64,000 nt of DNA, taken from Octopus sinensis (taxonomy: Eukaryota). The notes beneath the pieces were generated by a model. The model was not told the DNA's origin. It made no database searches and saw only the letters and a program-made list of their open reading frames with translations. Shown here one piece after another: positions 26,563 through 39,952 of the stretch. Made by a program: the position numbers and the translations under genes. Within the stretch, counting starts at the first letter, position 1, and the number at the start of each line of letters is the position of its first letter. The stretch is taken from positions 14,446,001 through 14,510,000 of the forward strand of contig NC_043017.1 of the NCBI RefSeq assembly GCF_006345805.1. The letters run 5' to 3'.

Positions 26563-27732
26563 CACCAAATAGAACACAGTCAACATACAACAACAACAGC
26601 AACAACAACAGCACCGACGACGACGACAACAGCAACAGCAACAACAACAACAACAAGAAGAAGAAGACGAAGGAGGTGGAGACGACAGTGACTGGAACTA
26701 TATCAGAAGACGGCTGACACAACACACAAGGAAAGCTGCACCAGCCACCGAATGCTGCTACATTGCTGTTGCACATTGTTGCAACCACGAGAAAGTGCAG
26801 CTTCACAAATCTTTTTCGTCACCATTGTCACCTGTTGTTGTTGTTGTTGTTGCAGGTGCTTTCTTTTGTTGTAGAATTAAAAATAATAATAATAATATTG
26901 TTGTTGTTAGTGTTGTTTTGGTAGTAGAAGTAGTAGTAATGATAAAAACAATAATAATAATAATAAACAATAATAATAATGAATTTTTGTTGATATTGTT
27001 GTAAATCGTTTTTATATGTGTGTGTTGTTGTTGTGATATCAAACTGGTGTTGTGATATTAGTACTGTTATGGTATCACATTTATTGTTGTTGTGATATCA
27101 CTTGTTGCAAAATCAATGTTGTTGTTGTTGTTGTGATATATTATTGTTCTTGGTGTTGTTGTTCTCCTCTGCTATTTCCTTGTGGAATGATTGTAGTTTC
27201 TCCTGTGTTGTTGTTGTTGTAACTCCTCAAAAGATGTATTTTTCCCTCTCACTGTAGTTTCTTGACACACCTTACACATACTCCAGTGTGTATAACATAT
27301 ATATACATACGTGTATATATAAATACTCCACTATACTGATATACTTATATACATACAACAATATCCCTATACATTTGTATATATATACATCCAAACAGTA
27401 CATCAATACACGTATGTATGTCTATAGATACATATATACACTTATATGCATGTATATATATACATATACACACATACACACCGTCAACAACTTTAGCTCA
27501 GTTTTTCATTTGGCTTTTTAACGTTTTTCTTCATTAAAAATATTTTGGAGGGATTTTCTTCTCTCTTTAAACGATTTTACGTAAGTTAATTCCACAATGT
27601 CATTGCTTTAGGAAAGTGAAAAATGTCGTCAGAAGAGACCAAATAGTAATAATTATTATTATTAACACTGTCTTCTCCTCTTTTTACTCCAATTTGCTTG
27701 TAAGTCCAGTTATAGCAAAGTGAGATATCCAT

Positions 27733-27761
27733 GGGGTCAGGGAGGGGCCGGGAGGGGCGGG
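27733..27761 (+). promoter_or_regulatory. G-rich GC box / G-quadruplex motif upstream of the Cav2 ATG exon
   Basis: GGGGtcaGGGaGGGGccGGGaGGGGcGGG: six G-runs, including GGGCGG. Confidence 0.35.
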
Positions 27762-29707
27762 CGACGAGGTTTTATTACTAATATTTAAATAATAATAAAT
27801 AATAATAATAATACTAATAATAATATAACGCTAATAATAAATAACAAATAACGATATAATAATGATAATAATAGTAATAATTCAAATGATAAACTATAAT
27901 ACTAAAAAACGATGATACTAGAAACACTACTAATAAATAATAAAGATTATGAAATAATTAAGAATGAATGAATCATTTGGATATGTGAGAAAGATAGATA
28001 GAAAGAGAGAGAGCTTGTGTGTGAGGGTTATTTGGAATATGGAATTGTGACAGAGAGAAGGAAGGTGTGACAGAGTAATTGGATATTCTACAGATGTGAC
28101 AGAGAAAAAGTAGAAAAAAAGGTGTAAGATTCAAATTTAATGAAGGAAAGATGTGACTAGCGGTTAGAAATAAATATAAAAATGATTTATTTGTCCTAAT
28201 GCCACTCTGTAGATTCAGGTGGGTGTATATAGGTGTGTATGTGTGCTTATAAGCTGGGTATTCTGCAGTATGACAGCAGAAACACATGAAATGAGGAGAA
28301 AAATCAAGTGTGTGTGTGTGTGTGAGGTTTATTTTAATTAACGAAAAACCAAGGGAATTTCAGAGGAAATTACACACACACACACATATACATACAGACA
28401 CACACACACACGCACGCACGCATGCACACACATACATACATTCATTCATTCACCAGTCATTCATACATATGCATCACACATACACACATATATGTATGTA
28501 GGTATGTATGTATGTATGTATGTAGTATGTATGTATGTATGTATGTAGGTAGGTAGGTAGGTAGGTAGGTATGTGTGTGATCTATAGGTGAAGACCAAGG
28601 TAGAAATCTGTTCGTTGCGAACGAGAATGAGATAAACAACGAAGGAAAAAAAGATTTCCTTATAAACGTCGATGTTGAATAAAAGAGAATAAAATTAAAA
28701 AAAAAACAATGATTATTTTAAATGTAAAGAATGAATTCCTTAAATGTTGTCTGAATAATTAACAATCGAAAATATATTAGAGGTAAAAGTGGTTTGAAAA
28801 GGAAATCAGAGATTTTCTACGTTTTTCTCTGTCTGAGAATGTTTAGGAAACAGGTGTCCGTGAGATGGAACTGAAGAAACGAACGAAATACTTGGAGACA
28901 ATTAACATTAAAATATAAAATAATTAAGGCATGCCAATGTTAATTAAATTCTTTTCATTGATATTTTGTAAAATTTGTTAAAAAATACACAAAATAATCA
29001 ACAAAAACGACTGAGTAACTGTTGTGATATTAGTAATAAGAGGGTAAAAAACGGGGAGAGAGAGAAAGAGAGAGAGAAATAAATGACTTAACAGGGTGTC
29101 CATAAATATTTAGTCTGCGTGTCTCCCCAAAATGTGGTTGATATGTCTATAAGACATATTAAACTGGTGGAATGAGAACGGCAACTTTCCCCTGTACGTC
29201 CACCATAGCCAGTACTTGGAACCTACACTGAACCATCTGAGAGACTTAATGTATGAGTGGGGGGGGGGTGCAAGTCTTCCTCTCTCTCTCTCTCTCTCTT
29301 TAGTCTTTAATAAACCATCTTTGTTACCCCCCTCTCTCTAGCTCAATCTCTTTCTCTCTCTTATGGTATGTTACCCTTTATATACATGACTCTCTCTCTC
29401 TCTCTCTTCTTATGCTACTCCTTCGCTTTATAACCCTGTCTCTCTTTTTTGTTATCCTCTCTCTTTATATATCTCTCTTTCTGTTGCTGTGTTACCTCTA
29501 TCTTTCTGGTTGTCTCACTTTTGTTATCTTACCCTCTCTATACGTATCTCAGCCCCCCGTCTCCCTCTCTCTCTGCTTAAGTCGTTCCCCCCATGACCAC
29601 TACCATCTCTCCCTCTTTGCTCTCCTTCTCTTTTCCAGTAAACCAATGGAAAGCAGAGAGGAGCGCCATCCACATTAATGCGAGATGGAGAACGTTTCAA
29701 CGATTGC

Positions 29708-29715
29708 TGACGTCA
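29708..29715. promoter_or_regulatory. Full CRE palindrome TGACGTCA in a CpG-enriched candidate promoter/5'UTR region
   Basis: Exact motif; 29650-29870 is CpG-rich relative to the rest of the window and lies about 3 kb upstream of the Cav2 ATG. Confidence 0.35.
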
Positions 29716-29924
29716 GGTGGAGGAGACAAGGTGCTCGCCGAATGAATGGGAGAGGAAGAAGAAGAAGAACGCACGGGGCTTGATGGCGAGACAGCGACAG
29801 ATAAACGGAGAAGAAATCGCAGAGATGGATGGATGGCTGTGTTGAGTACCCCGATTGCGTGGAGAGATGATGATGATGTGAAGAAAAGATGGATTGAGAG
29901 TTACAGAGCTCAGAAAATAGAGGG

Positions 29925-29968
<44 letters not shown>

Positions 29969-31105
29969 GATTGATGGATGGATGAACACAGCTAAATGGA
30001 TTATGTATGTATGTATGTATGTATGTGTGTGTGTGTGTGTGTGTGTATGCACGCGAACATACGTATGTTATGTATGTGTATGTATGTTTGCGTGCATTCG
30101 TATGATTGTGTCTATGTGTGTGTTTGTATGAGCGTACGTACGTATGTGTGAGTGTCTATCTGCAAGAACGTATCTGCATGTGCGCGCGCGTATGTGTGTG
30201 TAGTGATCGCTATTTAGCTGGCTGTGTGTGACTTTATTAATAGATAGCTACGTAGAGAGGGGCATAAATGGAAAGCGAGAGATTATCACTTAAGTAGATG
30301 AAGTGAGGCGAGGAAGGAGAGAAATGAAAGCTAACAAGGAGAGTAAGGAGAGACAGATTGTGTTTATGGCGGAGAGCTGGCTGCTTGCTTTAACTGGTCG
30401 TCGTCATCGTCGTCTATGGTTTTTACCTTAGAAGATGATTATTTTATCAACCCTGTTGTTGCTGCACCTGTGTGCATGCAGGGAGGATGCTGTTGGTGGT
30501 GGTGGTGGTGGTAGTGACGGCGGCGGTGGCGGTGCAGTTGCAAGATGTGTAACGGAGAGAGAAGTGTTTAGAGAAAGGTGAGAGATGACGAAGTAAGGAA
30601 CAGTTAAAGCTTGCAGACTATGTATATATATATGTATATATACACACACACATTATATACATGTATTATATATAAAGAATGTCATTCAATCCATTTTCTA
30701 TCAATTATCTATATTTATCTTGTGTATGTATGCATGTATGTATGTATGTATGTATGAGTGTAATAGTATTGAGACGTGTGTGTGAGGGGAGTTCACACTT
30801 GTCAGCTTCTGATGTGAAACAATGTATATGTGCGTATGGGTGTTATATATTTATAATATATACTGTATGGTATGGTGTCTAACGCATATTATACAGTATA
30901 CATGTAATAAACATTATATAAATCGTATATATTTTACTCAATATAAGTATCACATAAAATATGTATAAATACACATATACATAATGAGTATATCTATCTA
31001 TCTATCTATCTATTGTATATATGATATATACACTATATATAAGCACATGTAATAAGTATATTTAATATTTATATGCGTATGTGTGTACATACACATACGT
31101 ATATA

Positions 31106-31158
<53 letters not shown>

Positions 31159-31303
31159 GTACATACACATTTGTATATATCTATGTATATATAATATTTG
31201 TAAAAATATAATTTATATTTTATATATACAAAAAATATAATTTATATATGTGTGTGTACGGGTGTGCGTGTGTCTATGTGTGTGCGTGCATATGTGTGCA
31301 TGC

Positions 31304-31368
<65 letters not shown>

Positions 31369-32169
31369 AATCACTAATTTTTAAATGGTAATGGAAAGAA
31401 TTTGTAAGAGAAAAAAATAATAGCTCGCAGCACATGCAAACAGACTCTTGTTGCCAGAAAGCAAGAATATCTCTGTGAGTGTGGCAGAAGCAGTTTCTAT
31501 GTTGAAGATGTTGCAAGACTTTTATGGAATTAGTATGTTTTCTATTTATTTATTTATTATTATTTAAATGCTGGTGATCTGTGGAATTGGTAGTGTGAGA
31601 AAATGGTTTTAGTTTTATTGTTTCCAGTTCTTTACATCTTGAGTTCAAATTTCACCAACATAAGCGTAGGCTTTCATCCTCTTGGGGGTGAATAAAACAA
31701 AGTACCTCCCCCCACCCTGCCTGGGTAGTAAGCTGACAGAATTGTCTGAGGATTGGGACAAACACCATGTGACATATTTCAAGTTCAAATTTTGCTGAGG
31801 GCAACTTTCTTCCTCTGGGGTTGATAAAATGAGTGACCTATAAAATAACTGGGGTCTTCTGCCCCAATCATAAAGTTTTTTTTTTCTTTTTAATGAACCT
31901 TATGACTCATGAGGGTCAGCTGTCCAGTTTCCACAATATTCTTCTCTGAACTAGGATGATGCTCTATTGTACAATTCAAGGACAGCAGTTTTTGAGAGGA
32001 GGGGCAAGTCACTTATTTTATGTGCTGTGGTTTGCTGTGATGCTCTTATGATTACTGTATTGAAAGTGTTTTACATAGGATGTGTGCGGTTCCTAGTAGT
32101 GCCATTGGCACTGCACACGTAAATTACTATTATTATTTTTACAATTATCATTATTACTATTATTATCAT

Positions 32170-32219
<50 letters not shown>

Positions 32220-32790
32220 TTATTATTATTATTGAGTGAGAGAGCAGTGCATGCCATCAAAGTGACACTGGGGTACAATTATACGAAGCTCAGTATACCC
32301 ATCATGACTACTCGTCTGATAAGGGTACAGCAGGAACATGTATCATAATCACATGTGCGTGACATAGTGATCTTATATCAAGATAAACAGTGCATGACCT
32401 TGCAGGTGGGGCCCAGTTAAAATTTACTTCAGGTTTAGTGGCCCATCCCGCTCAAAAGGTCCCTGAATATGGTTTGTTTAAGAACGATGAATGAAACACC
32501 CGTGTTTCCAGAGGTGAATTATTCAAACCCCAAAGAATTCATTTCAACACATGGCTATGATGCTCTTCCACTACTTCTGCTCACCATCAGAGATGCACAT
32601 ATCGTCAGCCAATAAGGGACATGCTTAACTGGATAAGGTCAAAGAACTGACAAGCAAATCTGTGGGATTGAGCAGAATATTTGCTGTAGCCCATCTTTTA
32701 TACCAAGACAAATCATGTACATGATAACACTTCCAATCAGTTAAGATCAGAAACCATAACAGCCACTACCTGGTACTGCATCAGGGCATT
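32220..32790 (-). mobile_element. Interspersed repeat, probable non-LTR retrotransposon 3' UTR ending in (TAA)/(TAG)n
   Basis: Non-coding complex segment bounded by TAA-type microsatellite, as expected for R4/Dong-like elements; family assignment uncertain. Confidence 0.35.
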
Positions 32791-32795
32791 TATTA

Positions 32796-33930
32796 CACTG
32801 GGGAACATTAAAAAAAAAATTTTTTTCTTGCTTTTTAAAATTAATCCTATCTAATTTGATGGTTTTGGTTTCAGAAATGCCCCCAGAAATTTCCTATCAT
32901 GTCAAGTTTTTTGTTGAACAGGAATTCATTTTTTTTACCAAAAAATATCAATTTTGTCATTAAATACTGTAATAAGAAACTAACACAAACCAAATAGTAC
33001 TTTTTATTGTTTAACAGACACAAAACGTTTAATTACACCTCTTAGAATAAATATTTCTGTCAAACTGGAGTTTGAACTTCTCAAGGAATGAACTTTCTCT
33101 TTGTAGCTTTATGGGAATAAATTGCATCATGACAGCTTCTTTACGATGACCTGCAGTAGACAGCACCCTGTTGGTGTTGAACCTGCCCTGATACCTAGTC
33201 CCCATGTTCTCGATGTCTTGGTGGAATCTTTTTCCTTGCTCATCACTTATTGCCTTAGGATTTTCAAGCAAGTAGTCCAGATGACTTGTGCAGGAAATGC
33301 ACATTTACACTCAGGTTGCAACCCAGTGCTCGAAAACTAGTTAACAGGGTCTGCACAAGATCTTCATAATTTGATGGCTTCCTGTTTCTCAGGAAATCAA
33401 GTACAACTGCAACAAAAGCATTCCCTGCTTTTGGTCTCCAAAAGTAGCTCGTCCTGTGATAGTCCCCTAATATGTGGCCCATCAAACACACCAACCTTAT
33501 TTTTCTCACAAGACAAAGCTGGAAACTTTCTGCTTAAGCATTTGAAGCAGTCACTGCCTCAGTGTTTCAACACAGGTTTTGCCCACAATATGGGCTGCCC
33601 AGGCTTTGTCTTGTCACCCAGTTTCATCCTAAAGTAAAGAAGTGAGGTAAGCTTTTTTCACAAAATCTGTGATTTTGTTTCACTGCCTAATCCAGAAATA
33701 AGCAGAGGACATCAGAACTGTTTTGACATTCTCTTCTCTGACAACTGGCCATATTTCTGAAATACAAAACATATTCAAGCCAGTTGTCGGCTGGAGAAGC
33801 ATTTTCAGAATACTCAACAGTTATAAAGTAAGAAAATGCAGATTTGTGATGGCAAAATTCCATAAAGAGTATACACACCACGAAGTTCTCTTTACATTTC
33901 TTTGACCATGCTTAATGAAAAGTGATTTTG
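32796..33930 (-). mobile_element. Chapaev3-like (CMC) DNA transposon remnant
   Basis: Terminus tta-CACTG. Transposase motifs LGCNLSVNVHFLH, HLDYLLEN..ISDEQGKRFHQDI..M.TRYQG and a GV(F)DGP remnant. Confidence 0.7.
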
Positions 33931-34329
33931 ATCCATGTGACCTTACAATCAAAACATTAAGGGCACATTCAAAATACCAATTTCCATAAGAGACAGTTTA
34001 AAGTTCAACAAAGCATGTCTCATACTAAATTAAGCAAAGCAAGGGCAAATTTGCAGATAGATTCTGCAAATATGAGATGTATGGTGTCAAGGGCCACAAA
34101 AATATGTTGTTTCTTAAAATTTAAATGCAGAAAGGAAATTTCTGCCATCCTCATGACATTTAAAACTGGTTAAGTTCAAAATAATGAAAGTTGTTCAAGT
34201 TTCAATCTTTTTATTTACTAAAGATTATAACTTCTGCTTTCACTTTTTTAATTGTATTTACTTTAAATCATCCATCACTTTGAATCCAGGTTTTGTTTCC
34301 ATTAAGAGGGGTGGCCAGATCTACCTCAA

Positions 34330-35712
34330 TGCTATAGCAACCACCCTCACACCATCTTGCCATCTTGACTGGTTTGGGCATCCTCCCTTTTCAAGCCAAC
34401 CCTCCCAATCTCCTTCTCCACCTGTCCCCTCCATGTTTTTCTCAGTCTACCTTGCTTTTGCTCTCCATTTACCTCAAACTCGAGCTCCCTCTTCAGAACA
34501 TGCTCCCTCATGCCCATACTATCGCACTCCATTCGCCCTTGCCAGCAATTTCACTGATTCCTTCAACCCCAGCATCCCCATCAAGTCCTCAGTCCTCATC
34601 TTATCAAACAACCTCATGCCACACATTTCTCTCAGTCCATCTCAAAATTGCCGTCTCTCTCTCTCTCTCTCTCCCTCAAAAACCATGTCTCACTCCCATA
34701 CAGCATTGCAGCTCTCACACAACTCCTATTGACCCTTCCTTTCATCTTCAATGGAAACCTTTTCCCATATAACAACACTCCACTTTCCCTCAATTTCACC
34801 CAGCCAAGTCTTGTTCTTGCTGTCACAGCTGATTCCCATCCACCACTTACATCCACCCTATCGCTCAAATAACAAAACTCTCTCACCGTCTCCACCTCAT
34901 CACATTCTGTTTCCACTAATTTCGCCAGCCCTCCAGCTCCTTTCTCACATCTTCCACAAAGAAACTCCCTTGCTAGTCTTGGGCTCACCTTCATTTTCGT
35001 ACATCTGCCATGAAACTATTTATCACATCTCGTACACAACACTGTATTTACTATTACCCTCCTCCCATGTACACCACATGGATCCACCTTACTCACTAAC
35101 ACTTCTCCTTCCACCCCACTCACCATCACCTTTGTTTTCCCGAGGTTTACCTTCAAACCCTTGCTTTCAAATGCCTCCTTCCATTTCCAAAACTTCTCCC
35201 TCAATCCCTCCATCATCTCACTCATCAGAACAAGGTCATCCGCATACAGTATCTCCACCATCAATCCCTCCCTTGCACTCTCCATCACCACATCAACCAC
35301 TATTGAAAACAACAATGGTGACTACACAGATCCCTGATGCACACCAACTTTCACTGCAAACTCCTCCGACAGTTCTCATCCAATTCTAACTCTGGTCTCT
35401 ACCCTCTCATACAAACTCATCACTGCCCTCACTATTACCTCTAGTACACCCCTCTTCCTCAATGCCCACTCAATCACCTTCCTTGGAACCCTTTCAAATG
35501 CCTTCTCCACATCAACAAAGCACAACTCCTTCCTCTTATCTCGGTATCCCTCCAGCAGTCTCCTTACAATGAACACTGCATCTCTTGTACCCTTTCCTGG
35601 CATAAAACCAAATTGCATCTCATCTACATCCACCCCTTTCCAAATTCTCCTCTCCAACACCCTCTCCGCTATCTTCATTGCATGCTCCAATAACTTTACT
35701 CCTCTATACGGC
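34330..35712 (-). mobile_element. RTE-clade LINE, RT region, pseudogenised
   Basis: YRGVKLLEHAMKI, MQFGFMPGKGT.DAVF, FVDVEKAFERVPR, ILYADDLVL, GLKVNLGKTKVM and MLYGSETW. Confidence 0.92.
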
Positions 35713-37513
35713 ATTGAAAAGCTGTCTTCAAAGTTATGTCAAGCTCCATACCCTAACCCCACGGATCAATGAGTATCAGTAATATAATAAACTTTAGGGA
35801 ACTGACTGACTGACTTTGCTCTCCTTTCCCACAACATTCCTGTGGGTGGGGGTGGGGGTGCTTGTAGTAAAGTTAAAAACGTGTTGTTGTTATTGTTGCC
35901 GTTGCTGTTGTTGTTTACACTTAAAGTAAATAATGTTGTTAAGTGCTGGCATCTGTTGATGTTTAATTAAACTACATTAATGACAAATTGAGGGCACTTG
36001 TATGTGCTAGACATAGCAGTCAAATCTTCCTCTGATCATATCAGGACACACAATGTAATCCCAGATATACAATGTCTGAAAAATAAACAGATGGGTTTGT
36101 CATAGCTGGAATGTCACTTCTAGATCTGCTGACTCAGGCTTGACCTAGGGCTAAATAACAGCAACCAGATTGACAGTCAGCAGCAACGTGATACAGTGTA
36201 AGAATTTTTACAGACATGGATTACTCTTACTACCACCACCACTGTCACTGCTGCTACTACTACCACCTCCACAATGACCACCACCACCACCACCACCACC
36301 ACCAACACTACTACCACCTCTCATACTGCAACTACCACCACCACTATCCCCATTACCACTACAACCATTAGAACCACTACTACAGCCACCCCTATACCAC
36401 TACTACAACTGCCACTCCCAAGACGACCACCACTACCAGACAGTTTGCGTGACCAAGAAATAAAACAGCCAGGCTATATTATATTTGACAGACATTGACT
36501 GTATTTCACGTTAAAGTTGATGAGACATGAAATAGTTTTGAGCTGTTGCATTTTAAATAGGAGACATTTCTTGAAGACTCAGTGGAGCATCCAATAAAAT
36601 GTCAGGTTACATTTAGTTATCACCGTTTATATTCTGAGTTCAGATCCCACTGATGTCAGTCTTGCCTTGATTAAATACACTGTCCATGTTTTGGCTCATG
36701 TTAGTCTTGTTGAGTCGGTAGAGCATCCACAGACCTTTAGGTTCTCAGCTCAAATCTTACCAACATCAATTTGACTCTTGTGGGGCTGAGTAAATAAAAC
36801 ATCAGTCATACATTGAGGTTGGTGTATATATTCCTATCATGCCTTGTTAAATGTGAATGGGGGGAGGCAGAAGAGGAGGAGGAGGGGGACAACAACAATG
36901 AGGATGAAGAGGACGACGAGTTGATGTTCTCTTTTTTGTTTATTTGAATTTCATTGCAAACCATCCAGGGTCAATCCAGATGTTTACAAAGATTAAAGAA
37001 TGTCATGGTGACTATTTGAAATCACATGTGTAAAACTAGTTTCTTCCCTTCCATCTTGATAAAAGGCTTATGCCCAAATCATTGGTTCCATTTCTTCCTA
37101 TTTCCACCTGGTAGAATTCATTGATTGTTTTCTTTTCATTTCTCTTTTTGTCCAAAAATTGGTGCATTTGGATTTTTCTCTGTCGATTCCCATCACCAAC
37201 TGAATTCCTCAGATTTTGGACTTCCTCAAATAATATTATTAGCTGCTGCCCTGTTTGAAAGTTCTGTATTTGATTTAAGTTTATCATCTTCACAAAGCTG
37301 ATAGTCTTTTCCTTTTAAATCAATTCTCTGTGTGTTTGATCGCTCCAAGCAAGTTTGAGTGAAGATACCAAAATGTGTGCAAAAGACAGCAACAGCATTA
37401 GAACGGATTAAAGAACAACACCAACAACAACAACACTTGAAAGAGAAAAATAAATGCTTCTGTATGTATGCAACATTTGTATATGTATCTGTGTGTATGT
37501 GTGTGTATATATG

Positions 37514-37552
<39 letters not shown>

Positions 37553-39103
37553 ATATATATGTATGTATATGTATGTGTCAATATACATATGAATTTTTAA
37601 AACAACAATTCATTTAACAAAACAGGCAAAACAAGGAGAAAACATAATGAAAGTTCAGTAATATTGATACATTAAAAATATAAATTACACAACAATCAAC
37701 ATTCTAATTATTAAAACAGGGGAAAAATACCGTTTGAATATTATAATTAGCTAAAACTACAATTGAGTTGCAGTTGTTAAAGAAGCAGTCTTTCCTTGCA
37801 CACACCATTCAATAAAACAGTTAAATTGTAACTAAATGTGAATGCATGTATGTGGTGTGTGTGTGTGTGTGTGTGTGTGTGCACGTGCGTGTGTGTGTGT
37901 GTGCATGTATGTTCATTCCAGCTGTTGGTGAAAACTTTTATTCCATCTGCTGAGAAGAAGCAATCTTTCCTTATAATACTGGAGATGAAGGCTGTACTCC
38001 AGCATGGCCAAAACAAAAGGAAGACAAAGCTAACAAAGTGGTCTTAGCATGAGTTAATCTTTTATAATAATTGCATTACCATTTGGGATGTTACCGTATA
38101 ACTGCAGTGCTGTCCTATGCTAAGACTGTCATACTGTAACAGTTGCATTCAAGAACATTTTATGGGAATATTCGATTGATCTCTGACATTTGTTGATAAT
38201 TTATTTAATGACCCAGAAAAGTCGAATGACAAACTTTACCTAAATCAGATACAAACTAAAACCACAAAGATCCATTAGTACTGCCTGGCATTTAATCTGA
38301 TTCTCTAAGGATTTGACCAATCAGATTATTGCGTACTTTAGCAATTGGTGAACTATTGAGTAATTGATTACAAGTCTCTAGCAGCAGCCAGTCACTAGCA
38401 AACTGATGTGAGAATGACAAGGGAGTATCTGTGACTGGGGTCAGAACAAACATCACAGAGTTCTTTTTTAAGAACACCATTTTGTATTGATTTTCTTTTC
38501 CCCCTGTGATTACTTATGTTACTGACAGCTTGTTGCTGGAGTTGCAGGGAAATGAGGAAAATCTCATTGGCTGGGGAAATAATAAACTGAAGCAACTTGC
38601 AACCGTTTGACTGATTATTTATTGCTGGACATAATAAAGATATTGGGTGTTGGTTATTTACAATGAGCAATATAAATAATTAGTGAACGGCAAAGAGACA
38701 AACTGCACTGAAATTATAGAAAGCTATCTGTGTGGCAACATGCAGTAGCAAACGGTTTGTTGGAGGGAAAAGAGGTTGTGTTCAGGAATAATTGAGTCAA
38801 CCATATCACACCATAGCCTTACTCTGATTGGTTGATTGATCACATAAAAGGATGGCAGTTCACTTGAGGTGTCTGACCAAGTGTCTAGGGATTAGGCTTT
38901 GAATCTCTGTTACATACACTTCATTGGTGCAGAAACACATGACAGGTTTCTGTACAGTTTCCATCTACCAATTTAGCATTACAAGTTATTGTTCATCCTA
39001 AGGCTGTTATAGGGGACACTTGCTCAAGATGTTGAGCAGTGGGACCAAACAAGAGACAAAACTGAAGACAAAACAAACATTTTACCCACACAATCTCTGG
39101 CCT

Positions 39104-39235
39104 TCATCCACACAGCCCCTTGCCATCATCCACATGGCCTCTTGCCCTCATCCAGACACCCCCTTGCCATCATCCACATGGCCTCTTGCCCGCATCCAGA
39201 CACCCCCTTGCCATCATCCACATGGCCTCTTGCCT
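39104..39235. repeat. 44-bp minisatellite (approx. 2.7 copies)
   Basis: Unit ccccttgccatcatccacatggcctcttgccc(t/g)catccagacac. Confidence 0.85.
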
Positions 39236-39846
39236 GGGGATTGTTCTTGCAATAACATCTTTACTTGGAATTTCAAAGTAACATGTGAGATGTTGTACAG
39301 AGATATTACAGCAATCAGGTGGGAGTGCTGGTGTCTCACAAAAAGCACTCATGATGGTGCCACGAAAAAAGTGGCTATGCCAGTGCCATACAAAAGCACC
39401 CAAGCCAGTGCCACATAAAAGTGCCCAGTCCACACTCTGTGAAGTGGTTGGCATTAGGAAGGGCTTCCAATCATAGGAACGCTGCCAAAGCAGACAATTG
39501 GAATCTTGGCATCAGCTTCCTACCTTGCCAGCTCCTGTCAACCTTTCCAACCTATGCTAGCATGGAAAGCAGATGTAAGAGGACAATGAGTGTAAATTGG
39601 TCTATCCAATAGTGTTACACCACTAAACTCAGTGGGTATTTAAGCAGTGTGACCATGGAGAGGGTGGGTTGGAGGTGGGCTGGAATATGCATAGACACCC
39701 ATTTCATATTTTTCCTGTCTTTAATCACATTGTTTGTATAGATATGTTCATATACAAAACATCATAACTTGCAGTCCTGGCTCTGAATTCAATAGAAAAT
39801 CTAGAGAAATAAACTAATATATTCTACCAAGCAACAGCAGACACTG

Positions 39847-39952
39847 ACAAAGTCTACCAAGTGACTGGCAATACAAACAAAGTCTACCAAGTGACTGGCA
39901 ATACAAACAAAGTCTACCAAGTGACTGGCAATACAAACAAAGTCTACCAAGT
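39847..39952. repeat. Perfect 30-bp minisatellite (3.5 copies)
   Basis: Unit acaaagtctaccaagtgactggcaatacaa, head to tail with no spacers. Confidence 0.95.

Noticed and set aside
37036-37293. 85-aa minus ORF with plausible composition (likewise 6141-6356 +)
   Set aside because: No recognisable homology or convincing splice signals.
39847-39952. 30-bp repeats resembling a CRISPR array
   Set aside because: No spacers, eukaryotic context and no cas genes; a plain minisatellite.
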